Source of the DNA: a virus
Taxonomy: Duplodnaviria; Caudoviricetes
Length of the DNA: 28,826 nt
IMG/VR virus record: IMGVR_UViG_3300025277_000110
Coordinates: 1-28,826 of that record
Strand: one strand, 5' to 3'
Position numbers and translations under genes: made by a program. The stretch's first letter is position 1, and the number at the start of each line of letters is the position of its first letter. The notes beneath the pieces were generated by a model that saw only the letters and a program-made list of their open reading frames with translations, was not told the origin of the DNA and made no database searches. Positions 27,568-28,826 of the stretch are shown piece by piece.

Positions 27568-27757
27568 TATATTTCTCCAATAACCTAGTATATCTCTCCA
27601 TCGTAACTTTTATCAGCCTTGATGTTATTTTTACGCCATTTATAGTCTCCTTGCCTGCGTTTTTAAGGAAACTCTTTATCTGTGATTCGTAAAAAGATAT
27701 TATCCAGTATTGTCGTTCTTGGTTTGTTCTGAACTCTGGTACTTTGTCTGCAAACAT
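27551..27757 (-). CDS. Hypothetical protein
   Basis: 68-aa ORF co-oriented with and overlapping its neighbours. Confidence 0.55.
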   Translation of the reverse strand: MFADKVPEFRTNQERQYWIISFYESQIKSFLKNAGKETINGVKITSRLIKVTMERYTRLLEKYSATNW

Positions 27758-28071
27758 TCTTCTATTGCCCCTTTTATTACCCTTTCAACTTCGTCTTCAT
27801 CGACTTCATTAATTTTATAAAGAGCTGCACCTTCCTGCATACTTAATGTGTGCATTGGTTCACTTCTATAATAAACTCCCCAATTCTTATCACTAAATAC
27901 TTTCAGCATTACCTCTATATAATCCATTATTCTCTCCTGTTTTGTTTGTTTAAATTCTCTTGCTTGTTGTATTGATCCTTCTGCACAAAGAGCATCTAAC
28001 CTGTTTAAATACCTTGTGCCTGCTGAAGTTATATATACAAAATCAAGCTCACTTTTTACTGTCGGCTTCAT
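27700..28071 (-). CDS. Hypothetical protein
   Basis: 123-aa ORF in the - strand operon. Confidence 0.6.
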   Translation of the reverse strand: MKPTVKSELDFVYITSAGTRYLNRLDALCAEGSIQQAREFKQTKQERIMDYIEVMLKVFSDKNWGVYYRSEPMHTLSMQEGAALYKINEVDEDEVERVIKGAIEECLQTKYQSSEQTKNDNTG

Positions 28072-28246
28072 TCTTCTTTGCCCTATCTTCTAAAAATTTA
28101 TTAAAGCCACCTTCATCTCCCTTGTATTCTATGTATAGTCCAACAACATGTTCGGTATTAACCATCCTGTGAAAGATGGTTTGTATGTCTCCAATAAGTC
28201 CTTCCAAGACTTTTTGTGTCTGTTGCTTTGTCGCCTTCTTTTTCAA
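28049..28246 (-). CDS. Hypothetical protein
   Basis: 65-aa ORF with TTG start and upstream GGAG; helical. Confidence 0.55.
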   Translation of the reverse strand: MKKKATKQQTQKVLEGLIGDIQTIFHRMVNTEHVVGLYIEYKGDEGGFNKFLEDRAKKNEADSKK

Positions 28247-28448
28247 GTAACTTCTCCTTTTTTGCCTTAATCATTCCTTTAGTTCCATACTTCTCCCTGT
28301 ACGCACACTCTCTACATATACTTAATTCATCTCCTGTAAACCAGCTTTTCCAAAAGAATTTATTTTTTCTTGTAGCGACCTGGCACATACCGCAGACGTA
28401 AGGATAAAATGGCTTCTCTTCTAGTAGTGAAATAATCGTCAGACCCAT
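28158..28448 (-). CDS. Small zinc-finger protein (CxxC...CxxC)
   Basis: CGMC and CREC motifs. Confidence 0.6.
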   Translation of the reverse strand: MGLTIISLLEEKPFYPYVCGMCQVATRKNKFFWKSWFTGDELSICRECAYREKYGTKGMIKAKKEKLLEKEGDKATDTKSLGRTYWRHTNHLSQDG

Positions 28449-28468
28449 ACTTCTTTCTTAGGTAGTCC

Positions 28469-28729
28469 CTAAGCTTCTGCGTTATCTTTTTCAATTACGA
28501 CAGTCTTTCTTTTTGTAGTTATTTTACGTTTGCCAACAGGTGGTGTAAACTCTTCTTTATCTGACAATTCATCAGCATCTGCTTCAAAATCATGAAGGTC
28601 TACGTGATGCACTCTTGTCTGTACCATTTCTTCTAAGGCATCTTCTACTAGTTTCAATCTTCTTTCGTAGTCATCAAGCCTGTTGCCATGACCATCAAGT
28701 CTGTTGTCTACATCTATTGCTCTTCCCAT
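28469..28729 (-). CDS. Hypothetical coiled-coil protein
   Basis: RLDGHGNRLDDYERRLKLVEDALE heptads; SD AAGGA upstream. Confidence 0.6.
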   Translation of the reverse strand: MGRAIDVDNRLDGHGNRLDDYERRLKLVEDALEEMVQTRVHHVDLHDFEADADELSDKEEFTPPVGKRKITTKRKTVVIEKDNAEA

Positions 28730-28826
28730 TCTATATCTTCCTTTCTTTTGTTTTTTATTTCGATTAATTTAGCTGCTAAATATACTGCACAATCAAGTGC
28801 TTCTTCAAGTGCTTCCTGAACAAAAT
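28714..28826 (-). CDS. Partial (5'-truncated by window edge) MazG-like all-alpha NTP pyrophosphohydrolase-fold protein
   Basis: Hand translation ...FVQEALEEALDCAVYLAAKLIEIKNKRKEDIEWEEQ*; EExxDxxxY motif. Confidence 0.5.
   Translation of the reverse strand, partial: FVQEALEEALDCAVYLAAKLIEIKNKRKEDIEWEEQ

Larger units (their letters stand above)
1..28826. mobile_element. Tailed dsDNA bacteriophage genome segment (podovirus-like virion module plus replication module)
   Basis: Tail fibre with S74 chaperone, nozzle-like and adaptor-like genes, holin-like peptides, DnaB, RuvC-like nuclease and MTase; tightly packed, often overlapping (TAATG) co-oriented genes; no cellular housekeeping genes or att junction seen. 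Confidence 0.95.

Noticed and set aside
26281-28401. + strand ORFs over the replication module
   Set aside because: Antisense shadows of DnaB, the MTase and small genes.
1-28826. Stop-codon reassignment (as in some crAss-like phages)
   Set aside because: Genes tile the window fully under the standard code, and TAG-ended genes are followed by plausible new starts.

Overview
This window is a gene-dense, AT-rich fragment of a tailed dsDNA bacteriophage. It is probably podovirus-like: it has adaptor/nozzle and ejection-type genes, and no tail tube or tape measure gene is visible. Positions 1-24143 are a + strand virion block: head-tail adaptor-like genes, a modular GNVGIGT-repeat tail fibre with an S74 chaperone, small structural proteins, a metallophosphoesterase, four small holin/lysis-like peptides (three missing from the ORF track), a nozzle/stabilisation protein, a second fibre, and four internal/ejection-type proteins ending in a 2123-aa giant. 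Positions 24140-28826 are a convergent - strand DNA-metabolism block: PD-(D/E)xK nuclease, RuvC-like resolvase, DnaB helicase, beta-class DNA methyltransferase and small ORFs. Three observations stand out. (1) The giant putative ejection protein carries an internal tyrosine-recombinase-like catalytic domain (R777, K802, R897, H918, Y927) next to a HExxH zincin motif. (2) The divergent modules of the tail fibre are joined by a DNA-identical 19-22 bp in-frame repeat. (3) A 17-bp copy of that fibre's C-terminal KVTALE sequence is stranded out of frame behind the second fibre gene. Observations 2 and 3 suggest recombinational swapping of receptor-binding modules, and 1 suggests a possibly virion-delivered recombinase. 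All family calls come from motif recognition by eye; no searches were run.
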